Assembly (NCBI GenBank): GCA_964035545.1
Contig: OZ037770.1
Location: 4,372,662 to 4,436,661, forward strand
Reading direction: 5' to 3'
Source: Bugula neritina
Taxonomy: Eukaryota > Animalia > Bryozoa
DNA: 64,000 nucleotides
Shown here: positions 40,901 through 54,199 of the stretch, piece after piece
Layout of the letters: each line of letters starts with the position of its first letter
How positions within the stretch are numbered: the first letter of the stretch is position 1
Translations under genes and position numbers: made by a program
The notes under the pieces: generated by a model
The model's database searches: none
What the model saw: the letters and a program-made list of their open reading frames with translations, nothing else
What the model was told of the DNA's origin: nothing

Positions 40901-42803
40901 GACTTAATTTCAAGCTAGAATATTCACATTTTTAGGTCTGCGTTTGCAAACATTGTTGTGTTACTTTACTTTTTATATTTTTTGAAATAAATATCTTTTT
41001 AGCTTGTGCCTATTCCTGATTAGAATAGTATAATAATATTTAACTTTTCTTCAATTTCAATAGATGAAAATGTTGATCAGTTGGAGTATTCAGTTTAGCT
41101 GAATTTTACTTGCTTCTGCGAAAACAATCTTTTGGAGTTGTCTGCCCTCTCTTTAGGTAATTTTTTGACCTATGGTCAACGCAATAATTATAACTTTTTA
41201 AAGATGCTTGTGAACCTAACAATATAGCATAACTATCAAACCACATTATTCAATATCTGCATAAAACTTAGCCGATAAGCTGCCACCCAATGAGCTTGAA
41301 AAGATATTAGAATTCTAGCTCAGTGCTGCCATCAATGTAGATATTTATAATGATATAAAGCCAAAACTCATTATTGCATGAAATTATCTAACCATTCCTG
41401 ACAAAGAATCGAGATAATAACTCCAAAGTTGGTCAGTTGAAACCACAGCAATAATACTTTAATCCTTATAATTGTCAGGTTTAATTTTATACCAAGCCCC
41501 AATAAGTGCATATAACTATGACAACACAGCCTAAGCACCTCCAATGCAAGAAATTTAGTATTGTGGTGCTGCAAATCCTCCAGTTACAAATGAGTAGAGC
41601 TTTCATGATTATTGGTCTACCATAATGTTTATTTAGTTTTAAGGACTAGCATAAATGCTATTATATGCGGGAGGTATTTGAAAAGCTTCCAACTCCATCT
41701 TCAACTACGGGCTATTATAATTATGCCGATAAACGAGATACTACACTCAGACTGCCCTGTTATAGTACTATGATTGGCTACTGCAAAATTTTTGCCGATA
41801 GACAACATTTAATTATGATGTAATGTATCTCGTATTGATACATAAGTGTTATGTCTGAGGACGAGATACTGTGAAATTATGCCCTGAAAGATTTTGATAA
41901 AAAAACGTTAGAAGAATGAAGAAGTTATTTTAGTATAACTATAGGTGTTTCAAATTGTTTTAACAAATGAAATTGCTTGACTCTTTTAGTAATAAGTTCT
42001 ATTTAGTTTTTCTTAAAAACAAAAGATTACACAAAAAAGTTATACTCTGGGTAGAAAAATTGGAAAACTGGAAAAAATTGGTCTATTAATAGGAATTTAT
42101 ATTTTTTTAAATACCTTGCTATAAAAAAATTTGAGCTTGTATAAGCTTTAGCAAGCATACTTATCCACAAATATCAAATGAAAATATTTCCTAGCTGTCT
42201 TAAAAACTTGCAAGGCCAGATTTTGTGCTAAAACTTTCTTTCATTCATTTTCGAGATACAACACAAAAACAAAATCAGTATTAAAACGACGGAACAAATT
42301 TTTAAATTGTGACTACTGAAGACTGAAACTGGAAAGGTTGCTTTGTGGCTTACCTATAAATAAATTATTATTTCAATAGATTACCAAAATTGTATAATTA
42401 GATTGATATCATTATTGTTAGTTTGGTAATTGATGCCATTATTGCATAATACAATGTAAGCATCAGTCTTCTATTTTTTCTTTTCAAAAGTATATATAAT
42501 TATCTGACATGTGCATGGTATAAAAGATAGTAGTGAGATTTGACCGCCACTGTGCTGTTTTATAAAGTGAGATATTCTGTTTGGTATAATGTAATAGACT
42601 CAACTTTTTACAGCTTGACACATTTGTTGAAATTTCACTTTTGGCTGCCGGAAGTACCACAGAACATATATCGTAACTTTTCCAGACTCCTAAGATTAAA
42701 AAAATAAATGTACGTGCTGCACTATTTATTGTTAAGGTAATGCAAATATGAATATACTCATGTAGAATAAATCGAGACTAACAGTTCCTATGTTAATTTT
42801 TAG

Positions 42804-42907
42804 CATTTTGCTTTGATGACATTCACTGTTGTGGAGATCTGAGTTGTTGCCCTGCAGAATTACGCAATAGCGATGAATATGGACCAAGATGCTGCTTGTT
42901 AGAATGA
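42804..42907 (+). CDS. Terminal exon of a second knottin-like Cys-rich peptide (functional or pseudogene)
   Basis: ttttag acceptor, phase-1 entry, xFCFDDIHCCGDLSCCPAELRNSDEYGPRCCLLE*. Same x-C-x5-CC-x4-C layout and entry phase as exon 4 at 14075. Candidate upstream exon ends HCAVL*-A|gtgag at 42566. Confidence 0.65.
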
Positions 42908-45413
42908 TTTGCTGTGTTATCATTCTTCCGCAAAAACAAAATTTTTATCAATTTTGTCTACATTCAAATGACATAATTATATTGATTTCGTTATAAAAAT
43001 AGACAACTTTGGAAGTCTGAACCAATTTGTTTGCCATGCCATTATATTTATGGAATATAAGTAGTTGAGAAAAAAAACTCTATATATAAAATAAGTGCCA
43101 AGTTAAAAACGTAACACAATTACTATGATGAGTGTATGATATTGTAATAAATTTGAAAAGCATAACATACAGAGCTCTTATAAACAATGCATTAAATTTA
43201 CAGGCCTACTTATTTATAGTTTGCATGGTGACTCTTTAACATCACTGAAGTTGAAATAAAAGTTTGAGATCACAGAAAACTATTTATAAAAAAAGTAATA
43301 ATAGTTGATGAAAACGCAGGCATTAAAACGGACAGCAATTACACAATACAAATGCTTGCCAACAACTGCAAAACTATAATGTTATAGACTGCAGATGATT
43401 GCAATCAATCAATCAATCAATCAATAATGATTACTGAATTAATAACAGCTAGATTCAATTTCATTGTTGATGACTAAATGGTTTATAATATTGGTTATTA
43501 AATATAACTGCTAATTGTAAATTTACCTAATTATAAAATTAATCTTTACTGTAAAACAAATCTGCACAAGTGCCAGTATAAAATTAAAGAACACATGCAA
43601 AAAAACTAATGGTTATAGAGACTGTACTTTGCTGCCAATTTAAAAAAAAGAGTTGTATATATAAAGGAATGGTATACAAAAAATTATTTGGTTTTATTAC
43701 TTTATTAAGCAAAGTAATTAATTAATATTTTGGGCACCACTGTGTCCATCTTAAAGTAACAATGAATAATAAAAATTCAAAAGCTGTATGACGTTGCATT
43801 AAACTCTGTGCATGAAATAAAGTAGAGAGAGTAGCAGTTGTTTTAAATAATTTAAACTGAAAATAATCTAATTTTGTTACGTTACACGAGTAAGAATTAT
43901 ACTGATTGTTTTTTTAATAAAAATGAATAAGGGCTACTTGAAAATATTGTAAATTATATCTGTATATAAAACAAGGTAGATTTGTTAACATTTGTGGAAG
44001 TTGAGTAGTTATAGTGTAAGATTTAGCAGTATAGTTTTATAGCAATCTGGAGTAGTTTAGCATATTGATCTGAATTGCGATAGTAGATTCTTTAAAAATG
44101 ACTAATTCAAAGCTGGTACTCTATTTATATATGCTTTCCTGGTTAGTATAGTAGACGTATATGATATATTTTTCAATTAATCTCATGGCAATGTTAAATT
44201 ATCCTGTGTGATAGGCGACGCCCTTTGTCACCTTTATAGGTTTGTTTACACAAGGCTTCAGGGCAGGTTAATTTGTAAATCATGTCGTGTAAATGTTCTT
44301 TATTAGTCTTGTCTTTGATGTTTAAATGTGAGGTTACATGGGAGTTTTGTTAAATACAAATAGTGCAATTTATATTTAAAAGAGCTCCATGAATATAAAT
44401 TTTTTGATTAATAAAATTGCTTTCCTAATGGTAGCTCTAATCCAATGCAAAGTCTCATGTAATATGACAAAAGCAGTTTTAAGCAGTTTAGCTACATTTT
44501 GCTTAAAATGTTTAAAATTTTAGCATATAGTATAATATTAAATATATTTTCACTATAAACTTTTGTTAGTTTTACTCAATATAACACTGAGAAATTTCTA
44601 CTTTGTTGTATTCTTTATGGATTTATTTTATTTATGCTTTTATTTTATTATGCATTAATGATTATAGGAATTATTTGCCTATTCAATGGTATGATTTTAT
44701 TCATATTTTAGAGTTATCTCCTTATATGGAAAAGAAAACTAAAACAAAAACATGACAACTAATAAAAGGATTGTTCTGACATAAAACATTATGCAGCGTG
44801 TACAGTTTTGTCATTGGAGAAAACACTTATTTTTGCAAGAACCTTTAATTATTTACATACTATATTATGCATATTTAAATCCTACTCAAGCCCCAAAACA
44901 AAGTAATAAGAATTCCTTACAATTCCTATGACTTACACTACTCTTTTATAATAGAGCCAATTCAATAATACTTGCCAGCCTCATTTTTGTAGCATTTTAT
45001 GCTAGGCATCTTAATTTTATTTGAACACCTTACCTAAACTTTTGAAAATTATTATTCTTAGACTCGATTTATAAGGTAAATCTACCTGCTTAGACATTGA
45101 ATAGACCATGCATATAGTTGTCTGATCAGGACCAAAAAAATGACCAGTTATAATAACGACAAGGTGTGTGTTTATGAGATATTTATAACCTGTTATACCA
45201 ATATAATAAACTAAAATTACACAGTTTTAAGTTATTGAGCAAAACTTTAGTTCAAGTGTTTATAATTATCTTGTCACAAAATCAATATAATATTTACGCT
45301 GAGAATGTGGCTTCTCAAATAAAGAATGATAATATGTTTGAAAAGCATTTTAAGAAGCAAAGTCAATAAAAACGTGCACTTTCCGCAAAGATTTTATCTG
45401 AAACAAGAGTGCA

Positions 45414-46343
45414 ATGGATAACAGCAGCATTCTATGTGATGACGTCACTGATTTATGTGTGGACTCTACTAACTCAACAGCTTTCTTCTCTCTGAATTTT
45501 GTCAGTGTTGTACTCAACATCTTCAACCTGATTGCTCTGAAAAAATTGGACAAGTCGAAACGAAACGCTTATTTCTGGATAATAGTGAATATTGGCAAAT
45601 GCGACACCGTGACCGGCTGTACTTTCTCTCTTCCGGTCATCCGTCAGTTGAACAAAATATTAATAAGTTTATCAACTGTTAGTGCTCAGACCTTTCAAGT
45701 CACAGCCACTATATCTGCTTTTAGTTCTTTTGTTGCTAAAAACTTCATCTTTGCTATTGGCAATTATGAACGGTACATCTCCATATGTCGTCCTTTACAG
45801 GTGAACGCTAACAAAATCGTTACAAACATTAAACCCTGTGTTGGTATTGCTTGGATAATCAGCTTTGTTCTCTTAACTATTTCAATTCTCACAGATACTG
45901 CTAAACTTTGCTTTGGTGGGTTTGGAGCTCTAATAGATAAACCTAACAACCAGACAAAAGCTGTATTTGTTATTTCCATCACAACAACTTTCATCTCTTC
46001 TGCCATCTGTCTATCAAAAGTTTGGAAAGAGTTGAAGATGATGCAGTCAAGAAGTCCAGTTCCAGCGCCAGATGATCTGATAGTAAAGAGGTCTGCTCAG
46101 TATATTCGAGCAGTTTCTATCGTTCTTTATGTGTCTTACATTCCAACAGTTATGTCAGCGGTGTCCAATAGTGTTGATGTTATTCCGAAGAGCGCTCGAA
46201 ATCTGATCAGATGGATTGCGTACTTCTATATGACGATCTCTGGCATTTCTAATGTTTTGTTGTACTTTCTCATGACACCAGGCTACCGTGTTCATGTGAT
46301 AAACTTACTAAGAAGAAAGAAACCTAGGGTAGGACAAATATAA
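45414..46343 (+). CDS. Intronless class A (rhodopsin-like) 7TM GPCR, divergent, possibly chemosensory; 309 aa
   Basis: Seven hydrophobic segments, TM1 LN, TM2 D, TM3 ERYISICRP (DRY-like), TM4 W, TM6 SYIP, TM7 SNVLLY (NPxxY variant), N-glycosylation sequons, AATAAA at ~46357. Confidence 0.92.
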   Translation: MDNSSILCDDVTDLCVDSTNSTAFFSLNFVSVVLNIFNLIALKKLDKSKRNAYFWIIVNIGKCDTVTGCTFSLPVIRQLNKILISLSTVSAQTFQVTATISAFSSFVAKNFIFAIGNYERYISICRPLQVNANKIVTNIKPCVGIAWIISFVLLTISILTDTAKLCFGGFGALIDKPNNQTKAVFVISITTTFISSAICLSKVWKELKMMQSRSPVPAPDDLIVKRSAQYIRAVSIVLYVSYIPTVMSAVSNSVDVIPKSARNLIRWIAYFYMTISGISNVLLYFLMTPGYRVHVINLLRRKKPRVGQI

Positions 46344-47110
46344 AACTTGTTTCATGAATAAAATAATATTAAACAGTGTAGCTTTCTAAGACAGTATTTT
46401 TTTGCGGAAGTTATTGCTGAAATAGGCCTATAAATATATTACGAGCAATTTTTTTTCTGAAGTGATCTATTAGGACTGTTCTTATTATGTTATAGTTGAT
46501 GAAATAATATTATAAAATATTGCTTCATAGATGTGCAAAAAAGTAACAATGTATTACTAGAGTAGAGTCTTAGCATAAAATGTCCATGTATTTCTGAATA
46601 GTTATTATATTTTACTTGTTCTTGGATTTTGTGATGAATAAAGTAATAAGATTTATAGTAATACTAAAAGTCAATAGCTTTATTCACTGTAACCACTATT
46701 GTACTTGTGACTTTATTCTGCAGAAGAAAAACTGATTCATGTTTAGGTTATATTGTCATTTTAAAAGAAGCTTCAAAAATTGAAAAAACTCAATAAAGCA
46801 TATATTTTATATTTTTAGTATCTGTAGTATGACAGCGAGATTTTTGATACAATTTACCTGATATATAAACCGAAAATGGTCACCTAAACTGTGTACTACT
46901 ATTATATAATATGTATTTTGAAGTTGTAAAAAGTAGTTTATCAAATTTTTATAATCAACTATACAAAGTTTTTGCTTTCGCAATTATACCATAGCTGTAG
47001 GAAATTACTTCAATAATAATATATTTTTAAATTCAATTTGTTCTGTAATCAAGATAAATGTTTGATCAGCTCAATATAATAATAAGTTACAATATGGATA
47101 CAAATTGAAA

Positions 47111-47630
<520 letters not shown>

Positions 47631-48572
47631 ATGTGTGTGCTTGTGCTGTTATACATAGACTACTAATTGCATATAATACATTAACTAGGTTTGATGTAAA
47701 GAACATAAATTTATGACTCTTGGGTAACATTCAACTTAAGCATGAAGTTTGCAAAATATAAGTTGAAGTTAGATAATAATATTCTTTGCCCAACCAATAT
47801 AGCTATACAATTATCATTTACCTATATTGTCTTTACTGAATGCAATATAATCTTATATTAGCAGAACAGCATGTTATAATTTTAATTAACATACATTCAA
47901 GTTAATGAGTATTATTTATAAAGTTTATCAATCAATATATATTAAGTATATACACTAGCAACACAGAGTTTCTACTGCAGCAATTTTATGTCCCATAAAC
48001 TTTATTTTATAATTATTGGTAGTATAAAATATTGGTTAGTTCTATATATCACAATATGTATGCATATATAATGAAGTTTTATATACTTCATGGTTGCATT
48101 TGAGTAAATTTCTAGGCCAGAGAGGGGCAAGGGTTGTTTTTCATCTTTATTTTTCTTATATAAAAAATCAACAGTGAAACCTATACATAAACAATGTTAA
48201 CTCTAGTATGGTAAATGATCAACTGATAGTAACATAAAACATAAACGCAAGAAGTTGTATCAATAATCATTGAAACTACAATTCTATAAATTATCAACAA
48301 CAAAAAACTAAACTTGATTATAGAATAACATAATAGAATACAAAATAGCTACCTTGTCAGCCTGTGCCTGGTGAGATACTGATTACTAATTTTCATGTAG
48401 TTGCTTGCTATAAATATTTATAATAGCTATAATGGCTATAACAGCAGCTAGCTATACAGCTGAGTCAAACTATAGCTTTGAAGTTGAGTTGGTCACACTC
48501 CAGCCCAGGTGAAGTGCAGTCCCCAAGCCCAGTCTATAAGTGCAAAAAATACTTTATATACATACATACATA

Positions 48573-48800
48573 TGGTATCAGCAACCATGGTCTAGGGGTT
48601 ATAGTTGGTTTGTTTAGTAAACACGACGTCATGGTCACGGGTTCGAGCCTCGACAAATGCAATTAGGGATGTGAGAAGAGCATCCAGGCATAATACCTCC
48701 TGTGCCTCATATGAATAATTCCTTAGCCAGATTCAGTAAACAAACTATTTTATCAGGAGTTTTTTCACAGGAATGGTGCATACTATAACCTGCTCGAGTC
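48573..48800 (+). mobile_element. tRNA-derived SINE (family A)
   Basis: A box tggtctagggg, B box gggttcgagcc; body homologous to 20908-21130. Confidence 0.75.
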
Positions 48801-51800
48801 TATGTATATAGTAGCACAATTACATGTAGCTACCTATATAGACTCCTATTCTGAAATTTCACTAAAAAATCTATCACAAGGCTGTGGTGTTTACAATTGG
48901 AGTTACTTTCACACTTCAAGTCAGCTGACAGCACTTTTAACTTATCACATTAGACTTTCAACTAAAAATTGAGGTCTGCCCATCGCACCTTCATAATGAA
49001 AACTGTAACATGCAAGCATCAGCAGCAACTGTATAATGCTCAGCAGCTAAAACTCTGGGTCAACAAGATTGGTATATATTAGTAAAATTGCTTTGACAGG
49101 ATATTTTTAAAGCATAGTAAATATAACCATGCAGCAAGTATTTTTTAGCAAAATTTGAACCGCTAACATTGATGAACACAAATAACGTGATATAATTGAA
49201 AAAACTAACACACAAGCTAACGGTTTAAGTGGTTATTTATGTCTACTTATCTTAGAGGGTGGAAAGAACTCTTGCTAATTTTTTGTTACTCTTATTTATT
49301 TATTAATCCTTTTAAACCTTGCATATATACAACTCTAATGTCCACAAAAGTTAACTCCTTGTCATAAATCATGAAAAGCAAATAATGTCTGTTAATGTCT
49401 GCATTATTAATCAACTCATAGAGTTACTATCAAAGTGTGAATCACTTTAGCAAACAAATTGCTTTCACTTGTCTAAACCACAATAAGTCGTATCTAAACC
49501 TTTTGTAGCTCCTTTCTTAAATAGTTTTTTAATAATGAGTTGAGAAACCTTTATCAGTATATAAAAATTATAAATGATAAATAATTGAAATGCTAACAGT
49601 GGAAGGTAAATCTTTTGATTTCACAACTTGTTTTTAAAACTGATAACTTCCAGTCCTGTGGTTAAAGGTTGGCCTTTTTTATTGCATGCAAGTGTTGATG
49701 TGTCTAATTAGCAATTATATCTGCTTAGTTATATGCAATAAAATAGCATTCTTTAGTATAAAGTCAGATAATTAGTTAATATATACACCCTGATTTAATG
49801 ATTATATAGCTGTTATGTTACAGGGTCATATAATTCAGTATTACTCAGCAGAACTAATTAGCTTTAACTTTTTTTGTTTAACCACAGTTGGCTCATTTGT
49901 TTCTATGTTTTCTCGGGTCAGGAATGAAGGTTTTAAAACAAGGATATTATGGACTCTTATCATAGCTGTGGTTTTAATATATTTTACTCAATCTGCTTTG
50001 ACAGGAAGCAGTAATCTTTTACGTCTAATTCTGCTATTTGTTACAATTGAATGTCGAAAAATTATGAAATACTTTGACCTCCTGCATAAGAGTTTAAAAC
50101 TGCCCTGGAAAAACAAAAACATATAGTTTGATATTGAGAAGTGATATTCTGATATATTATATAATAAGAAACTTTCCCATTGCTGTAGTACACTAAAATC
50201 ACTCACAAATAGTTGTTAGGCAGGTGTACTTATAACAAATTTAAGTTATAAAATGTGCCCTTACAGATGCATGCTAATTAACTTGTATGGACAGTGCACA
50301 TAACCATAACTTCATCTTAGTTTTCATGTATATAGAGTATGTAACTCTGACTGAGATTGTAGACTAATTGATAAGGGTGTCACTGTGTTGCATGGAGTGG
50401 TTCACTGGTTTTTTATTATTAATCTTATATACCGGGAAAGCTAGGCAAAATTTGTTTAACATTAAACTATACAACGCAGAAAAAAAAATACAAACAAAAA
50501 TAACAAATATAGGTAGTGTAAAATAATTATGGTGAAATACATAACTGGAATACATGAAGGACTTTATATGAAACAAAATGTAAAAGTAAATAACTGAAAT
50601 TCTATTGACCTTTGGTCTCCTGCTGACACACTATCTCATTACTACTACGTTGGATCTGAGAATTATTATTCACAGAGGCTATAACTAAACCTAAGATACA
50701 TCTATAATAAAAATCTGATTGTTCATTAAATTATAAGCCTTTTTAAAAGCTCCACGAGCAAGCATGGCTGAAGCACAGCAAAAGTAGAACAGCAGGCAAA
50801 CCATACAGCTAAGCTTTCCCAACCACAAAGCCCGGGTCAGCTTAAGTGAACTAAGATATGACTATTTCCTTTACAATAATATAGTTTAAAAAAAATCTTA
50901 TATTGATGATTTTAGATTATATAATATAAATGAGAGTTGTCTGCTATAACTGTCTGCTACTCACAGCACGTCTATAGGCTCTCTTTTTATGCTAATGTCT
51001 TGTCTTATTTGATTGGTCTTTTACACAAATTAAGTTAACCAGAGAGCAGCTAAAATAACAAACCTATAGATAAAATTTTAATTGAGCATATCTAGCTAAA
51101 AACACTATGTGACTGTAAGTCTTTATAATCAATACATTGCTTTAAATATAAACACTATATGCAAGAACTTTAGACAGTATGTTAAATGCATTTGCTAATA
51201 TCTAAAGTTGTCCTCCCTAAATGCGAAAAAAAACGTTTAGTCTGTAGCTTATATTTTATGCCAAAAATTCAATAATATCTTGTCAAGTATATTACCAACT
51301 GAACTACTGATGCATGTAGGCAAATATTATTCAGAAAGTTAACAATTGAAAGTTGGTAAAAACATTTATAGTTGATGCTTATACCAATTTATCTTGGTGT
51401 TTACTAAATAAGATTATTTAGCACAAAATGCAAACGACTTTGCATTGCTATAGTTGAATTCTGCAGAGTGTAGACAATTTTAGCCAATAGCGCAGTAAAA
51501 TATTTGACTAGTAAGTATGGAGCAGATTAACAAAATAAAGTGATGCTATTCCAGCTTTAGGTTTAAATAAATATGAAAAATAAATCTGTTTTAATCTGAT
51601 GGATTATTAGGCATAAATAATTATTGTGGCTTCATGGGTTGTAGAGGATTATTTTACAAGTTTCTGTAAAAAACAAATGATAAAAAACGATTTATTTAAT
51701 GAAATAGTTGACATGCATTGGCCTGAAAACACACTTGGAGTACATTTATAAGAATATTAGCTTTAGCTCTTGGATTTTGAGTATAATCTAAACCATGATG

Positions 51801-52794
51801 ACCTGCAGTTGAATGGAGAAATTTAGAGATTATAACTGGAAGGTGTTAATAAAAAGAGCAAGTTTTCAAGTAATCTATCCCTTATCCACAATATAAAAAG
51901 TAATCTTGACTTACTTAATCTGGCTTTATACTTTACTATGTAAATTTTCCCATCAGATTTGGTCAATTCAGGTTTCTAAGAAATAGTGTATCACTCTAAT
52001 TGTGGTAACTACAACAAATAATTTATAAATATCAAAGTATAAATAATTTTTACAGCTATACTCGGACCACTGTCCAGTGCGTGTTCTGATATTATTTGGG
52101 ACCTACAGACCACAATTCATACTTTCATATAAGTTTCTCTAATGTAAGCATAACTAAGCTATAGCCACATGACATTTTGTGTATATTTTAGCATAAATAA
52201 TTCGTCATATTCATGCAGTTTGTGTTAAGTGTTTTCATAGCTGAAAGTTTGTAAGAATCACTTAGATGATTTAGTTTGTCATGTGATTCAAAGCGTGCTA
52301 TTGAAAAATCATCATAAAATTTAAAAGTTGATGTGTTTAGTTTGGTATAAAGCTGCGTTAATTTTGCTTTAGAAATTTCTGAAGTTCATATCAAACTGAA
52401 AACCAGTGGATCTTTTAAATTGGTTTTTATAGGCTACTTAAATGTAAACATATAATATATAGGCACTCAATTGTTGTGTAAAAATAGCAATTATGAAGTG
52501 TAGCAATTTAACAGTATAGTGCCCTTAACTTAGCAGGTAAGACTAGAGGATGTCATAAGAAAAGAACCATTAAGTTAGATTGGTGAAACCAACGATGGTT
52601 GGCTGTAAATGAGGTTAGTTATATAGTAGCCTTGTCTCTGGATTTTTAACTGAGAGTATAATATAGATATATTGAAGCTGCTACATATTTTACAAGTTGT
52701 TTTCTCAAAAGAAAAAACATCTACAGCACTCAAAAAGCAAGCTCAACTAGATTTTAAGATCCAAGTCTAACCTTAAAACTAAACAAAATAATTC

Positions 52795-53115
52795 GACAGA
52801 AATGACAACGCACATAGACAGATGACTGTGTAAAACTCTGCCCCTACTAAGAGTTGAACCCGAGACCTACGGGTTGTAAGCAAGTGTGCTATAAACTATT
52901 ACACCACAGGAACTATTAGGTTAACTCATCACTACATCCCGGCTATAAGTTCTCAGAAACTCCACTCAGCCAGTCTTTAAACTCCCCTCGCCTCTCTACT
53001 CTTGGAGTACTACGTATAGCCTACTGCACTTTATTAAAGATTGAAATAGTTTTTGAAAAAGCTTTGCCCCCCCCCGCTAGGATTCAAACTGAGACCTCTG
53101 GCTTGCAGGCAGGTG
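52795..53115 (-). mobile_element. Two adjacent tRNA-derived SINE copies (family B plus a related head)
   Basis: Minus strand: cctgcctgcaagccagaggtctcagtttgaatcctag...gtggagtttctgagaactt, matching 57707-57915, followed by a second head tggtgtaatag...gggttcaactc. Confidence 0.7.
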
Positions 53116-54199
53116 ACTTTGGATTTTCTAACATTAGACTGAAAACTATACTCCTATATAGTATTGGCACGTACGAAGAAAGATTTACATGTTGACGCTA
53201 GGTTGTAGTGTTAATAGTTTGAATTTGTCAAAAATAGATAAATCAAGCATTTGAAAGCACAAAGCATTTATGAATTTAACTTTTACACTGGAAAGCAATA
53301 GATGTGGTTAGAATTTGGTTCACGTTATAGCAGCTTTATTCCTCTATTTCCAGCATCATTAATCATCTTACTATAAATATGCTATGCTTGACAACTTTGC
53401 GTATGTTATATCCGATGCAATATAGGAGTGGATTTAACATCAAGACTGTTCACCATTAGGGGTTCAATACGTTTGAATAATAAAGTAGCTATATTTCCAG
53501 TCTTCTTTTCGTTATATAAACGAGGATAAATTATGACCCAAGAATAGTGCTGTTGATCTTCAATGCAACTTTAAATGATATTACAAAAACAGCCTTTATT
53601 GAAATATATGAATTTTGATTATTTTATTTTAATAACAAGATTTGGTAAAATTAACAAATGCTATACAGATATTTATTTTTGCAACTTGTTTTTGAAGCCT
53701 AATAACATTTAAATTCCCTTTATTTTACATGGCAACAAAAAATATTTTTCCCAACATTGCTCAAAATAGAAACTTTACCTGAGTCTATTCTAGGAATTAG
53801 CTCTATATTATTCACGCAGTCTCTTAGCAGTTGGCAGCAATTTTTAAATTTATGTTAATGTAAGATAATACATTCAAACTGGAAATGGTTACCAAAACCT
53901 ATGAATCATTCAATGAAGGGATTCCTCAGCAGATTTATCCACTCTTTGAACATAATTTTTCATCTTGGCTTTATTATCTATACGACAAGTATTACAATAG
54001 CAACCACTCTAAAACGCCATGCAGTAAACCTGTAGAGCTATTTACATTTAGGCTATTAGACATTAAGTTACCAAACTGCTTAAAATGGTTCTGGTTTTAC
54101 CAACCAGAAGGTTTTAGGACTAAGCTTCTGAAAAGTGAAGCTATCTTAAGAAGTCACTGACAGAAGTAATTCCTGTCAGCTTTTGGATATTCAGGCAGC

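Noticed and set aside
49815-50126. DEG/ENaC N-terminus-like ORF (FFCLTT...RILWTLII)
   Set aside because: Lacks the HG motif and has no supporting downstream exons; resemblance too weak.
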